DNA of 64,000 nt. Source: Flavobacteriales bacterium. Its GTDB lineage: Bacteria; Bacteroidota; Bacteroidia; Flavobacteriales_D; Parvicellaceae. Within the stretch, counting starts at the first letter, position 1; the number at the start of each line of letters is the position of its first letter. Positions 19,898 through 30,010 of the stretch are shown piece after piece. The position numbers and the translations under genes are program-made. The notes under the pieces were generated by a model. It ran no database searches and was not told the origin of the DNA. It saw only the letters and a program-made list of their open reading frames with translations. The DNA lies in NCBI GenBank assembly GCA_029251405.1, contig JAQXDK010000044.1, positions 5,118-69,117 on the forward strand, given 5' to 3'.

Positions 19898-20250
19898 ATG
19901 AATTGGTTTAGCTTTAGTTTAAAAACATCCTCCTTGTTTATTTTACTTACTTGTAGTTCTTAATGATATTAATGGTGGAAATTTAAATCTATCTTGTTTG
20001 ATAATTCTAAAACAATTATAGAAAGAGATGTAAATGGATTATTTTTTCATGTACCTTATAAAAATGGAATTGTTTTAAAAAGACTACATTCTGCTGTCCT
20101 AAAATGAGATTTTAAATTTGTGAAATTTCAAGATAATGGCGAGCTATTTCTTTACAATATAGCTACTGATAAAGAAGAAAAAAGAGAACCTTGAATTTAA
20201 AAATTCAATGAAAATAAATGAGTTGGAGATGATATTAATGAAATATTTAT
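19898..20250 (+). pseudogene. Decayed sulfatase-like gene relic (signal peptide plus C-terminal fragment only)
   Basis: ATG 19898 encodes MNWFSFSLKTSSLFILLTCSS followed by a stop (lipoprotein-type signal). A downstream frame reads ...LHSAVLK*DFKFVKFQDNGELFLYNIATDKEEKREP*. After a 1-nt shift in the A-run it continues RNLEFKNSMKINELEMILMKYL*, resembling the conserved sulfatase C-terminus (..W.F.....ELYN...D..E..NL). Its stop overlaps the next gene's ATG (ATGA at 20247-20250). Confidence 0.5.
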
Positions 20251-22609
20251 GAATTTATCCAAGTTAATTCTATTCTTTATTTATTTTATTGCTATTAATG
20301 GTAGTGCTCAATATAGTGTATCAGGAATAGTTACAGAAAAAGAATCTCAAAAGCCATTAATTGGTGTTTCTATTAAAACAGAAAACAGAAAAGGAACTGT
20401 TACTAATTCCAAGGGGAGATACACTATAATTCTTTCACAAGGCAAAAATAAAATATCGTATTCTTTTGTCGGCTATGAAACTAAAACTTTCAATCTATTT
20501 TTAGATAAAGATTTTGAAAAAAATATCAGTCTTTCAGAAGTCTCAACCGACCTAGATTTAATGGTGGTTTCTGCTTCTAAATTTAAACAAAAAATTGAGG
20601 AAGTAACTGTCTCAATGGATGTTATAGGTTCTAAATTTATTGAAAGTAAGAATTGTATTACACTTTCTGACGTCATTAGAAATGCTCCAAGTATTCAATT
20701 AATCGATGGTCAGTTAAATATTCGTAGTGGTAGTGGATGGAGTTATGGAACCGGTAGTAGAGTTCTAGTTATGGTGGATGAAATGCCTATTCTATCTGCT
20801 GATCAAGGGGAAGTTGATTTTAATTTAATTCCAATAGAAACCATCGAGCAAATAGAAGTAATCAAAGGTGCTGCTTCAGCTTTATATGGTTCTTCAGCTT
20901 TAAACGGAATTATTAATATTAAAACTAAGACTCCTTCATTGAAACCAAACACTACAATTAGTTCTTTTATTGGCTTTTGGGACCGTCCGAGAGACTCTAG
21001 AAACAAATGGTGGGGTGACTCTATAATGTTGAGAAATGGACTTAGTTTATCTCATAGCAAAAGAATAAAAAATTTGGACCTTATACTATCTGCAAATCAT
21101 TTCAATGATAGAGGATATATTAAATATATTAACAATCAACAAACTAGATTTTCAGCAAATTCTAAACTTGTAAAGGACAAAGTAATTTTTGGTTTAAACT
21201 TAAATTTTATGCAACGAAAAAGTAGCCTATTTGTTATGTGGGATAGCGATACTAATTGCTACATTCCTTTGAATGGTACTAATATTCCAAATAATGGTAA
21301 TCGTTTCTACATTGATCCATCTATTACTTTTTTTCATAATTCATTTAAACATATATTGAGATCTAGGATATTAAGTAGAAATCTCTACTACAACGATAAT
21401 CCTGATGATAGAAATAATTCACTAATGTCATTTAATGAATATCAAAACCAATTTCAACAAGAAAATACCACCATCACTTCTGGAATAACCTTAGTCACAT
21501 TAAGTGGTAAAACCAATAGTTTTAATTCTCAATTCAGCCAAAATGGTAAAATAACAGGACTGAATTATTGCGGCTATTTACAATTAGATCAACGAATTAA
21601 TAAATTTAATTTTTCTGTTGGAGGAAGATACGAATTCTATGATTTGAATACTAAGCAGTTTGGTCAACCAGTATTTAGAGGTGGTTTGAATTACGAACTT
21701 GCAAGTGGATGGAATATTCGTTCTTCTTTTGGACAAGGTTTTAGATTTCCAACAATGACAGAATTATATTTTCAAGGAGACATAGGACCCATAAATCTTT
21801 ACAACAATCCAAATTTAGTCCCTGAAACAGGTTGGACTACAGAATTAGGAATAAAAAAAGTAATTAAGATTAATAACTTTAAAGGATACATTGATTTAGT
21901 AGGTTTTTTAATGGAGTACAATAATATGATGGAATTTACTTTAGGAATTTGGGGCCCCTCAGAACCATCTTCATATGGATTAGGTTTTAGTTCTAGAAAT
22001 GTAAATAAAGCAAGAATACCTGGTATAGAATTCACCATAAATGGTAGTGGTATGGTACAAGATGATTGGTCTGTTTCAATGCTCTTAGGAGTTACTTACT
22101 CCAATCCGTATTCTGTTTATCCAGATAGTTCATTTGAAAATTTATTTACTAGAGATATTACCCAAGTTTCTTTATCTCAAATAGCACTTAATGAATCTAA
22201 CCCTACAAAATATTCTTTTTCAAACACCAGCTCTATAGAAGGAAGTTCTACTCTTAAATATAGAAGTAAAACTAATATAAGATTGGATTTAGAGTCTGTG
22301 TACAAGAAAAAAATAATTATTGGAGTTTCTTGGCAGTATAATTCTAAAATGTCCAATATTGACTATGCATTTACCACTGGATTATTTAATGAAAATACTT
22401 TGATTTCTACAGATTTGGGAATTAATAGATCAATGCAAAATTTTAATATTGGTTACAATTTGTTTGATTTTAGAGTCAAATATAATTTGCAAAAAGATTT
22501 TACTCTAGGTATATTATGTGAAAATTTATTAAATAAAGATTACATAATAAGACCTGCTATTATGGGTTCTCCTAGAACTTTTATGCTTCAAATACAAAGA
22601 AAATTTTAA
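20249..22609 (+). CDS. TonB-dependent receptor (no SusD partner)
   Basis: N-terminal carboxypeptidase-regulatory-like domain (VSGIVTEKESQKPLIGVSI), plug (IEVIKGAASALYGSSALNGIINIKTK), beta-barrel with C-terminal aromatic residue (...LQIQRKF). Confidence 0.85.
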   Translation: MNLSKLILFFIYFIAINGSAQYSVSGIVTEKESQKPLIGVSIKTENRKGTVTNSKGRYTIILSQGKNKISYSFVGYETKTFNLFLDKDFEKNISLSEVSTDLDLMVVSASKFKQKIEEVTVSMDVIGSKFIESKNCITLSDVIRNAPSIQLIDGQLNIRSGSGWSYGTGSRVLVMVDEMPILSADQGEVDFNLIPIETIEQIEVIKGAASALYGSSALNGIINIKTKTPSLKPNTTISSFIGFWDRPRDSRNKWWGDSIMLRNGLSLSHSKRIKNLDLILSANHFNDRGYIKYINNQQTRFSANSKLVKDKVIFGLNLNFMQRKSSLFVMWDSDTNCYIPLNGTNIPNNGNRFYIDPSITFFHNSFKHILRSRILSRNLYYNDNPDDRNNSLMSFNEYQNQFQQENTTITSGITLVTLSGKTNSFNSQFSQNGKITGLNYCGYLQLDQRINKFNFSVGGRYEFYDLNTKQFGQPVFRGGLNYELASGWNIRSSFGQGFRFPTMTELYFQGDIGPINLYNNPNLVPETGWTTELGIKKVIKINNFKGYIDLVGFLMEYNNMMEFTLGIWGPSEPSSYGLGFSSRNVNKARIPGIEFTINGSGMVQDDWSVSMLLGVTYSNPYSVYPDSSFENLFTRDITQVSLSQIALNESNPTKYSFSNTSSIEGSSTLKYRSKTNIRLDLESVYKKKIIIGVSWQYNSKMSNIDYAFTTGLFNENTLISTDLGINRSMQNFNIGYNLFDFRVKYNLQKDFTLGILCENLLNKDYIIRPAIMGSPRTFMLQIQRKF

Positions 22610-23286
22610 CTACCAGTTGTTAAGAACACAGCTATTTGCAAACGATTCAGATTTAAAATTCCTGAACGATGTCTTAAGTACCCAAATTGAAAATTCATTT
22701 GTTTATTAACTTGATATCCTAAAGCAGCAAACAATCTATTTTGATCAAAAGGAGTATTAGAAATATCTAGAAATATTTCGTCATATAATGAGATAAATAA
22801 AGGAGACTCTTCATTTTTTGAAATTGGAATTTTCAGAGACAACATATATCTAGCCCTGTTTTTATAGTTAGTAAAAGCTTCGTTTTTAATCCATCTTTGT
22901 TCTAATCTGTAACGATGTCTAATTTTAATTCTACCTACAACATTTTTTAAAATAAATTGTTGCCAAATTCTATTTTCAGTAACAATTTTTTCACCCCAAC
23001 CTTTATCAAATTCATTTTGAGTAGGAATAAAAGCATATCCTGCTGTTACAGATGTATTTTTATCTATGTGATAGTTTAAACCAACCCTTGGTAAAAGCTG
23101 ATTAAAATTTGAAAGTATTTCATAGTTTCTTAATTGTGTTTCGTAATGTAAACTATAATTATCGCTTAATTTATGTGTTCCAAAATGCATCAACCAACTT
23201 CCGAAATTTTCTTCAACATTTTGTCCTTTTATATTATTCGAAAAAAAAATTAAACAGATTACATAGAATATTAGTTTTCTTGTCAT
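22606..23286 (-). CDS. DUF2490-family outer-membrane protein
   Basis: Start taken at ATG 23286 (MTRKLIFYVICLIFFSNNIKGQ signal), which avoids overlap with hutI. Alternating beta-strand pattern with the remembered DUF2490 signature (RHRYRLEQRW, DQNRLF..LGY). Confidence 0.6.
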   Translation of the reverse strand: MTRKLIFYVICLIFFSNNIKGQNVEENFGSWLMHFGTHKLSDNYSLHYETQLRNYEILSNFNQLLPRVGLNYHIDKNTSVTAGYAFIPTQNEFDKGWGEKIVTENRIWQQFILKNVVGRIKIRHRYRLEQRWIKNEAFTNYKNRARYMLSLKIPISKNEESPLFISLYDEIFLDISNTPFDQNRLFAALGYQVNKQMNFQFGYLRHRSGILNLNRLQIAVFLTTGS

Positions 23287-23291
23287 GATTA

Positions 23292-24539
23292 TTAATTGTA
23301 CCATTTTCCTTTTACCATTGTTTTTTCTATGCAGTTTTCACCAAAAGAATATAGTAGGTAAGGGTAGGATTCAGTGGGTTTTGTTAATATTAAATTGGCT
23401 TGTTTCCCTACAGTTATAGAGCCTGTTAACTCAGATATTTCCATAGCATAGGCACCATTAATAGTACTGGCATTTATAGCTGTTTGTGGTAAAACTTTCA
23501 TGTTAATACATGCTATTGAGTTAACTAAATTCATATTCCCATTTGGTGAAGAACCAGGGTTGTAATCACTTGCAAGAGCAAATGCTATGTCATTGTTAAT
23601 CAATTTATTTGCAGGTGCATAAGGAATATTTATAAAGAAGGAACAGGAGGGAAGGAGGGTAGCAATTGTATCAGAATTTTTCAACTCATTAATATCATTT
23701 TCTTTCATAACTTCCAGATGGTCGACGGAAACTGCATTATATTCTATGGCTTTTTTTATTCCTCCAATTGAAGTAAACTGATTTACGTGCACTTTTGGTT
23801 TTAGATTATATTTATTACCTGCTTTAAGAATCAAGTCTAGTTCTTCAACTGAGAAATAATTTGTTTCACAAAACACATCTATGTAATCAGCTAAATTTTC
23901 TTTAGCTATGTTGGGTAACATTTCATTTATTAATAAATCAATGTAACCGTTTCTATTTTTTTTAAATTCTAATGGAATAGCATGAGCACCTAAAAAAGTA
24001 GATTTAATATTAATATTAAAATTTTCCTTTAGTTTCTGAACAGTTCTTAAAATTTTCAGCTCACCTTCCAAACTTAACCCATACCCACTTTTAATTTCAA
24101 TAGCACCAGTACCTAATTTTATTAAATCTGAAAGCTTTTTTTTAGATTGTTCAAAAAGTAAATTTTCATTAATTTCTTCTAAATGCTTTACTGAGTTAAG
24201 TATACCACCACCTCTTTTAGCAATTTCTTGATAGCTTAGGCCATTAATTTTATCAATAAATTCTTTTTCTCTACTTTTTGCAAAAACTAAATGTGTATGG
24301 GAATCGTTCCAAGAAGGTAGCACTAAACCTTGATTAGCATCAAATATATTTTGTGTTTCTGTTAAATTTAAATCTTTCATAGATCCAAAATCTTCAATAA
24401 TCCCCTCATTGATTTTTAAAAAAGCATCATTAATAGTTGAAATTTCATTCATTTGCAAGCCTTTTTTAAGAAGCTGATTCTTAGGTAAAATTCCAACTAA
24501 TTCTTTAATGTTAATTATGGTTTGTGGTGAATTACTCAT
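23292..24539 (-). CDS. hutI: Imidazolonepropionase-like amidohydrolase
   Basis: Amidohydrolase metal motif SHTHLVF, then the HAIP.E, DHLE and ASDYNPGSSP motifs characteristic of HutI. About 415 aa. Confidence 0.75.
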   Translation of the reverse strand: MSNSPQTIINIKELVGILPKNQLLKKGLQMNEISTINDAFLKINEGIIEDFGSMKDLNLTETQNIFDANQGLVLPSWNDSHTHLVFAKSREKEFIDKINGLSYQEIAKRGGGILNSVKHLEEINENLLFEQSKKKLSDLIKLGTGAIEIKSGYGLSLEGELKILRTVQKLKENFNINIKSTFLGAHAIPLEFKKNRNGYIDLLINEMLPNIAKENLADYIDVFCETNYFSVEELDLILKAGNKYNLKPKVHVNQFTSIGGIKKAIEYNAVSVDHLEVMKENDINELKNSDTIATLLPSCSFFINIPYAPANKLINNDIAFALASDYNPGSSPNGNMNLVNSIACINMKVLPQTAINASTINGAYAMEISELTGSITVGKQANLILTKPTESYPYLLYSFGENCIEKTMVKGKWYN

Positions 24540-24825
24540 TATTGATAGATTTTACGCTCCAAGCATAGGGTTTTCCGCTAAAATATAATTTAGTTGTTTC
24601 CCATACTTTTTTAAAAAATAATGAATTCCTATATTTATTAAGCATTATTTCATTGTCCCAGTGGCTGTAAGTAAAGAAAATATTACTGTCATTAATATCT
24701 TGTAAAAGTTCTACATGTTTACAACCTTTGAAATTTTCAATTTCGGACTTTGATTTTTCAAAAAAAGATTTAAAACCGTTTATTTTTTCCTTGTTAATAT
24801 TCAATTTTACAATCCTTGTAATCAT
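24532..24825 (-). CDS. ABM (antibiotic biosynthesis monooxygenase-like) domain protein
   Basis: 97-aa ferredoxin-like fold pattern (ITRIVKLNI..., GCKHVELLQD, FFTYSHWD). Overlaps hutI by 8 nt and the upstream gene by 1 nt. Confidence 0.6.
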   Translation of the reverse strand: MITRIVKLNINKEKINGFKSFFEKSKSEIENFKGCKHVELLQDINDSNIFFTYSHWDNEIMLNKYRNSLFFKKVWETTKLYFSGKPYAWSVKSINNE

Positions 24826-25622
24826 TAATCTTTAAATTCTATGGTTATTATATCATTTATAGAAATACCAAAAAGTTGACTTGCACCTCCACCAGAACCT
24901 TTGACACCCTTATTAATTGCAATTTCTAAAAAATCACCACTTCCAAAAATTGCTATTCTCTCTCCCTCAACTACTTCGTTGTAATTTTGATGAATTTTTT
25001 CTATACTGTACTCAGACTTAGTAAGAAAAATTTTAAACGCTTTTCCTTTACCAACTTCGTTAAATATTTTCTTAGAAATATTAGTAATTAAATTACCATA
25101 TTTATCAATGTAACCAACCATTCCTTTAATAGTATTCATATCAACTATAGGTCTAAAAAGTTGTTTTGATTTTATATCTTGAATTTCATTACCTACAACA
25201 GCTGGAAGACCTCCTCTTGCAAGATGACAAGCTATCGAAACAAAAATATCTTTAGTAGGAAAAGAGTAATTTTCAGATTCAGTATTTCTATTTATATTCC
25301 AAATTCCATCTGGTTTTTTATCAAAAATTAGAGAGAAGATACCGTTGTCAGCTCCAATAAAATATTGGTCATAATTTTTAACAATTAAATGCTTATTGGT
25401 TTGATTTTTTTCGGCATCAACACCTATAATGTGAATCGTGTTTTTAGGAAATTCTTTGAAGGTGTTTTTTAATACAAATGAAGCGTGAACTATATCAAAA
25501 GGTGGTATGTCATGTGAGATGTCAACCACTTTAACATTTGGAAGTTGGTTATAAATAGCACCTTTTATAGCTGCTACGTAATAATCTTCAAGTCCCATGT
25601 CAGAAGTAAGTGTAATTAACAT
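24825..25622 (-). CDS. SAM hydrolase / SAM-dependent halogenase family protein (DUF62, SAM hydroxide adenosyltransferase-like)
   Basis: N-terminal ITLTSDMGLEDYYVAAIKGAI and VDISHDIPPFDI match the remembered DUF62 signature (TDFG..D.YVG.MKG; DI.H.I..). Confidence 0.7.
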   Translation of the reverse strand: MLITLTSDMGLEDYYVAAIKGAIYNQLPNVKVVDISHDIPPFDIVHASFVLKNTFKEFPKNTIHIIGVDAEKNQTNKHLIVKNYDQYFIGADNGIFSLIFDKKPDGIWNINRNTESENYSFPTKDIFVSIACHLARGGLPAVVGNEIQDIKSKQLFRPIVDMNTIKGMVGYIDKYGNLITNISKKIFNEVGKGKAFKIFLTKSEYSIEKIHQNYNEVVEGERIAIFGSGDFLEIAINKGVKGSGGGASQLFGISINDIITIEFKD

Positions 25623-25707
25623 GATTTTTTTTAAATATTTTATGCCTATTGATTACCTTTGTTATTCAAAAGTACAATAATTTATAATCTAAAAAATCTC
25701 GGTTTAA

Positions 25708-26640
25708 TTGCTTCAAAAAAAAATAAATATTTCAAAATCTTTTCATACGGAAATTTTTGGAAAAAATAATGAAAATTTAGAGCTTCTTAAATTAAATTTT
25801 TCAAAACTAAAAATTATTCTTAGAGACGAAGATTTGTCTGTAATAGGGGACACTGACAATGTAGATTCTTTTTTAAAGACATGGGGAGTTATTGAAAATC
25901 ATCATTCTAAATTTAATGTAATTACAAAAGAAATTTTAAAATCTATTATTGATAATATTTACGATATTAAACACCTAGATTTTCAAAAAGACAATATAAT
26001 TTTGTACGGTAATAAAGGTAAAGTTATTAGATCTAGAACCATCAATCAATTCAATATGGTAAAAGCAATTGATGAAAATGATTTACTTTTTGCAATTGGA
26101 CCAGCCGGTTCGGGAAAAACTTATACTGCAGTAGCTTTAGCCGTAAAAGCATTAAAAGAAAAAAGAGTTCAAAAAATAATACTAACTAGACCTGCAGTAG
26201 AAGCAGGAGAAAATCTTGGTTTTTTGCCGGGTGATTTAAAAGAAAAGTTAGACCCTTATTTACAACCTCTTTATGATGCTTTGGAAGATATGATACCGTC
26301 TCAAAAATTAACAGATTATTTAGACGAAAAAGTTATTCAAATTGCTCCCCTAGGTTTTATGAGAGGCAGAACACTTGATAACGCATTTGTAATCTTAGAC
26401 GAAGGTCAAAATACAACGGAGAGTCAACTAAAAATGTTTTTAACTAGAATGGGTAAGTCAGCAAAATTTATAGTTACTGGAGATGTTACTCAAATTGATT
26501 TACCAAAAAATCAAAAAAGTGGATTAAAAAAAGCATTGGACTTATTTGTAAACGTAAAAGGTATTAATGTAGTTCAATTAAATGAGCACGATGTTGTAAG
26601 ACACCACCTAGTTAAAACAATTATTAAAATATTTAAATAG
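25708..26640 (+). CDS. phoH: PhoH-family ATPase
   Basis: Walker [30 protein letters not shown], Walker [11 protein letters not shown] start at 25708. Confidence 0.9.
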   Translation: MLQKKINISKSFHTEIFGKNNENLELLKLNFSKLKIILRDEDLSVIGDTDNVDSFLKTWGVIENHHSKFNVITKEILKSIIDNIYDIKHLDFQKDNIILYGNKGKVIRSRTINQFNMVKAIDENDLLFAIGPAGSGKTYTAVALAVKALKEKRVQKIILTRPAVEAGENLGFLPGDLKEKLDPYLQPLYDALEDMIPSQKLTDYLDEKVIQIAPLGFMRGRTLDNAFVILDEGQNTTESQLKMFLTRMGKSAKFIVTGDVTQIDLPKNQKSGLKKALDLFVNVKGINVVQLNEHDVVRHHLVKTIIKIFK

Positions 26641-26648
26641 CAATTAAA

Positions 26649-27596
26649 TTGAAAGCAATTACCAAAACAAATTTTAATTTCCCGAATCAAAAGTCACTTT
26701 ATACAGGTAAAGTAAGAGATGTTTATAATATTGACGATGAATATCTAATTATGATAGCAACTGATAGAATTTCAGCATTTGATGTAGTATTGCCAAAAGG
26801 CATTCCATTCAAGGGACAAGTTCTAAATCAGTTGGCTTGTAAATTTTTAAAAGCTACTGAAGATATAGTTCCTAATTGGATGATAGCTTCACCAGACCCC
26901 AACGTTACTATAGGGCACTTTTTTAAACCTTTTAAAGTAGAAATGGTAATAAGAGGCTACCTTACTGGCCATGCTTGGAGAACCTATCAGTCTGGAAAAA
27001 GAAACCTTTGTGGAGTAACTCTTCCTGAAGGGATGATAGAACATCAGAAATTCCCCAATCCAATTATAACACCTTCTACAAAAGCTGATATTGGACATGA
27101 TGAAGATATTTCAAAAGAGGATATTATTAAAAAAGGTATAGTTTCACAAAGCGATTATCTGCAATTAGAAAAGTACACAAGAGCTATTTTTAAAAGAGGT
27201 ACGGAAATGGCTGCAGAACGTGGTTTAATTTTAGTTGATACAAAATATGAATTTGGTAAGAAAAATGATCAAATATATTTAATTGATGAAATACACACAC
27301 CTGATTCAAGCAGGTACTTTTACAAGGAAGGATATGAAGATAGACAGTTAAATGGTGAGCCACAAAAACAATTAAGTAAAGAATTTGTTAGAGAATGGCT
27401 TATGGAAAATGGATTTCAAGGAAAACATAACCAAAATGTGCCATTTATGAACGATGATTTCGTCGACTTAGTAACCAATCGATACATTGAGCTTTATGAG
27501 AAGGTTAGTGGACTTTTATTTAAAAGGGCCGATTTGGAAAATACCAATGAAAGAATTGAAATGAATATCCTGGATTTTTTATCGAAAAAAGATTAA
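26649..27596 (+). CDS. purC: Phosphoribosylaminoimidazole-succinocarboxamide (SAICAR) synthase
   Basis: [25 protein letters not shown] motifs. Long (about 315 aa) form. TTG start. Confidence 0.9.
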   Translation: MKAITKTNFNFPNQKSLYTGKVRDVYNIDDEYLIMIATDRISAFDVVLPKGIPFKGQVLNQLACKFLKATEDIVPNWMIASPDPNVTIGHFFKPFKVEMVIRGYLTGHAWRTYQSGKRNLCGVTLPEGMIEHQKFPNPIITPSTKADIGHDEDISKEDIIKKGIVSQSDYLQLEKYTRAIFKRGTEMAAERGLILVDTKYEFGKKNDQIYLIDEIHTPDSSRYFYKEGYEDRQLNGEPQKQLSKEFVREWLMENGFQGKHNQNVPFMNDDFVDLVTNRYIELYEKVSGLLFKRADLENTNERIEMNILDFLSKKD

Positions 27597-27598
27597 GC

Positions 27599-28798
27599 TC
27601 AATTAATTTTTAAATTGTGACCCATTTTTTCTTTTTTAGTCTCCAAATACTTTTTATTGTGAACATTACAGTCTACTTCAATTGCGATATTTTCAGTTAT
27701 TTCTAAACCATAACCAATAAGTCCTGTTCGTTTCTTAGGATTATTACTTAAGAGTTTCATTTTTTTAACACCTATTGCTCTTAGAATTTGTGCGCCAACT
27801 CCATAATCTCTTGCATCTCCTTTAAATCCAAGTTTTAAATTTGCTTCCAGAGTATCGTAACCATTTTCTTGGAGCTTGTATGCTTTTAATTTATTTAAAA
27901 GTCCAATTCCTCTACCTTCTTGATTCATATATAAAACAACACCTTTAGCTTCTTCATTTATCATTTGCATTGCTGATGATAATTGGTCTCCACAATCGCA
28001 CCTTAAAGAACCTAAAATATCTCCAGTAAAGCAGGAAGAATGTACTCTTACTAAAACAGGATCATTTTTATCCCACTTTCCTTTTACTAAAGCTAAGTGT
28101 TCTTCCCCTGTTGTTATTTGTTTAAATGCCTTGAGCTTAAAGTCTCCATATTTCGTAGGTAAATCAATTTCAACAACTTCTTCTATTAAAGTTTCATGTT
28201 TCATCCTATATGCAATAAGGGACTCTATAGTAATAATTTTCAAGTCAAATCTGATAGCAATTTTCTTCAATTCAGGAAGTCTTGCCATAGAACCATCTTC
28301 ATTCATTATTTCTACAATTAAACCAGCTGGTTCGAACCCGGCAAGTCTACTCAAATCAACTGCGGCTTCTGTGTGTCCAGCTCTCCTTAAAACTCCTCCA
28401 GCTTTAGCTCTTAATGGAAAAATATGCCCAGGTTTTCCTAAGTCTTTTGGTTTGGTAGTTGGATTAATTAATGCCTGTACTGTTTTTGCTCTATCGGTAG
28501 CAGATATTCCTGTGGAGCAACCATCACCAATTAAATCAATTGAAACTGTAAACGGGGTGTCAAAATGGGAATTGTTAGAGTCCACCATCATTTCCAAACC
28601 AAGTTCGTCACATCTTTCTTCAACTAATGGTGTACAAATTAATCCTCTTCCGTGAGTAGCCATGAAATTTATTAATTCTGGATTTGCGTTTCGTGCTGCA
28701 GTTACAAAATCACCTTCATTCTCTCTGTCTTCATCATCAACTACGATAACAATTTTACCATTTTTGATGTCTTCTAAAGCTTCTTCAACACTATTCAT
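27599..28798 (-). CDS. ribBA: Bifunctional 3,4-dihydroxy-2-butanone-4-phosphate synthase / GTP cyclohydrolase II
   Basis: RibB half: [22 protein letters not shown]. RibA half: [25 protein letters not shown]. Confidence 0.95.
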   Translation of the reverse strand: MNSVEEALEDIKNGKIVIVVDDEDRENEGDFVTAARNANPELINFMATHGRGLICTPLVEERCDELGLEMMVDSNNSHFDTPFTVSIDLIGDGCSTGISATDRAKTVQALINPTTKPKDLGKPGHIFPLRAKAGGVLRRAGHTEAAVDLSRLAGFEPAGLIVEIMNEDGSMARLPELKKIAIRFDLKIITIESLIAYRMKHETLIEEVVEIDLPTKYGDFKLKAFKQITTGEEHLALVKGKWDKNDPVLVRVHSSCFTGDILGSLRCDCGDQLSSAMQMINEEAKGVVLYMNQEGRGIGLLNKLKAYKLQENGYDTLEANLKLGFKGDARDYGVGAQILRAIGVKKMKLLSNNPKKRTGLIGYGLEITENIAIEVDCNVHNKKYLETKKEKMGHNLKIN

Positions 28799-28846
28799 AA
28801 TTAATTTTTTAGCAAATTTAGTGATATAATTATTCTAATTACTTTG

Positions 28847-30010
28847 TTAATCACCTAAGATTTTAATTAAATCTTCATTTGCAGATTCCCAACTGAAATT
28901 TTCATCAACATATTCTCTTCCTTTTTCACCTATTTTAGTTGCTAGTTTATCGTCATTTAATAGATTAACAATTAATTCAACAAATTCTTCTGTACGGTTT
29001 CCTATGATTATATTTTTCATGTGCTTTGCTCCAAGAGATTGGTTGCAGAGAGGTGATGTTACAGATGGTATTTTCAAGGACATTGCTTCTAAAAGTTTGT
29101 TTTGAAGTCCTGAGCCAATAGTCAGTGGAGCAAAGAAAACTTTACCACTACAATAAGTTTCTCTAATGTCATGAACCCATCCGGATATTTTTATATTATC
29201 GTTAGACAGTTTTAATATTTGTCTTGTAGGATTACTTCCAGCAATTAAAATTTTGATGTTTGGAATTTTTCTTTTAAGTAGCGGAACTATTTCTTTGGAA
29301 ATATATTTTGCCGCTTGAACATTTGGAAGATAGCTTAAGTTCCCTACGAAAATTAAATCATATGTTTTTTTAGTGATAATAGGACTAAAAAAAATAGTGT
29401 CAATACCATTTGGAATTATGTTAATTTTAGAATTCTCAATATGTGAAATATGATTTCTATCACTTTCAGAAATTATTATGTGGTTGTCAAAAAATTCGTA
29501 AGCTAAATTTTCAAATCTTTTCATTCTCTTGCTTTCCATTTTAACAAATGGTTTTTTCCAAATATTTGAAATTTCAATTCTTCTTTCCATTCCTTTAGAT
29601 AATGCATCCATGTAGTCTAAGGTTTTAGGAACTTCGTGGTTATCTTTAATGTATAGAGCTGTTCTGACTAACTGACAAAAAATATGATCGGGTTGGATTT
29701 CGGAAATATTGGTATTGATTTTTTTTTGTATCGAGCTATGGTAAAAATAATTTACTTGAAAAGGCTTGTTGTTTATAAAGGTTTTTGTAAGATTAAAAAT
29801 TTTAGCTAGATACCCAATTTTATGTATTATTATCTGTTTACAATACTTCCTTAATTGTATCAGACTTTCGTTTTTAATGTTGGTCTCTGTTAACGAAATC
29901 AGATATATTTCGTTACTTCTGGAAAGTTCTTTTATCTGATAAAACGATCTTAGTTTATCGCCTTTGTTAATCGGGTAAGGAAATCTAGAAGTTATGTAAA
30001 TTAATTTCAC
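28847..30010 (-). CDS. Glycosyltransferase, GT4-like (GT-B fold)
   Basis: C-terminal GT1/GT4 donor-binding pattern (FFAPLTIGSGLQNKLLEAMS...P.V). 4-nt overlap with the upstream GT. Confidence 0.75.
   Translation of the reverse strand: MKLIYITSRFPYPINKGDKLRSFYQIKELSRSNEIYLISLTETNIKNESLIQLRKYCKQIIIHKIGYLAKIFNLTKTFINNKPFQVNYFYHSSIQKKINTNISEIQPDHIFCQLVRTALYIKDNHEVPKTLDYMDALSKGMERRIEISNIWKKPFVKMESKRMKRFENLAYEFFDNHIIISESDRNHISHIENSKINIIPNGIDTIFFSPIITKKTYDLIFVGNLSYLPNVQAAKYISKEIVPLLKRKIPNIKILIAGSNPTRQILKLSNDNIKISGWVHDIRETYCSGKVFFAPLTIGSGLQNKLLEAMSLKIPSVTSPLCNQSLGAKHMKNIIIGNRTEEFVELIVNLLNDDKLATKIGEKGREYVDENFSWESANEDLIKILGD

Noticed and set aside
28131-28655. 174-aa plus-strand ORF antisense to ribBA.
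   Set aside because: ribBA is unambiguous over this span. The antisense frame stays open only because of the codon bias of the real gene, and it has no recognisable motifs.
28799-28846. Expected FMN riboswitch upstream of ribBA.
   Set aside because: Only 48 nt separate ribBA from the upstream glycosyltransferase, and none of the conserved FMN-element blocks is present.
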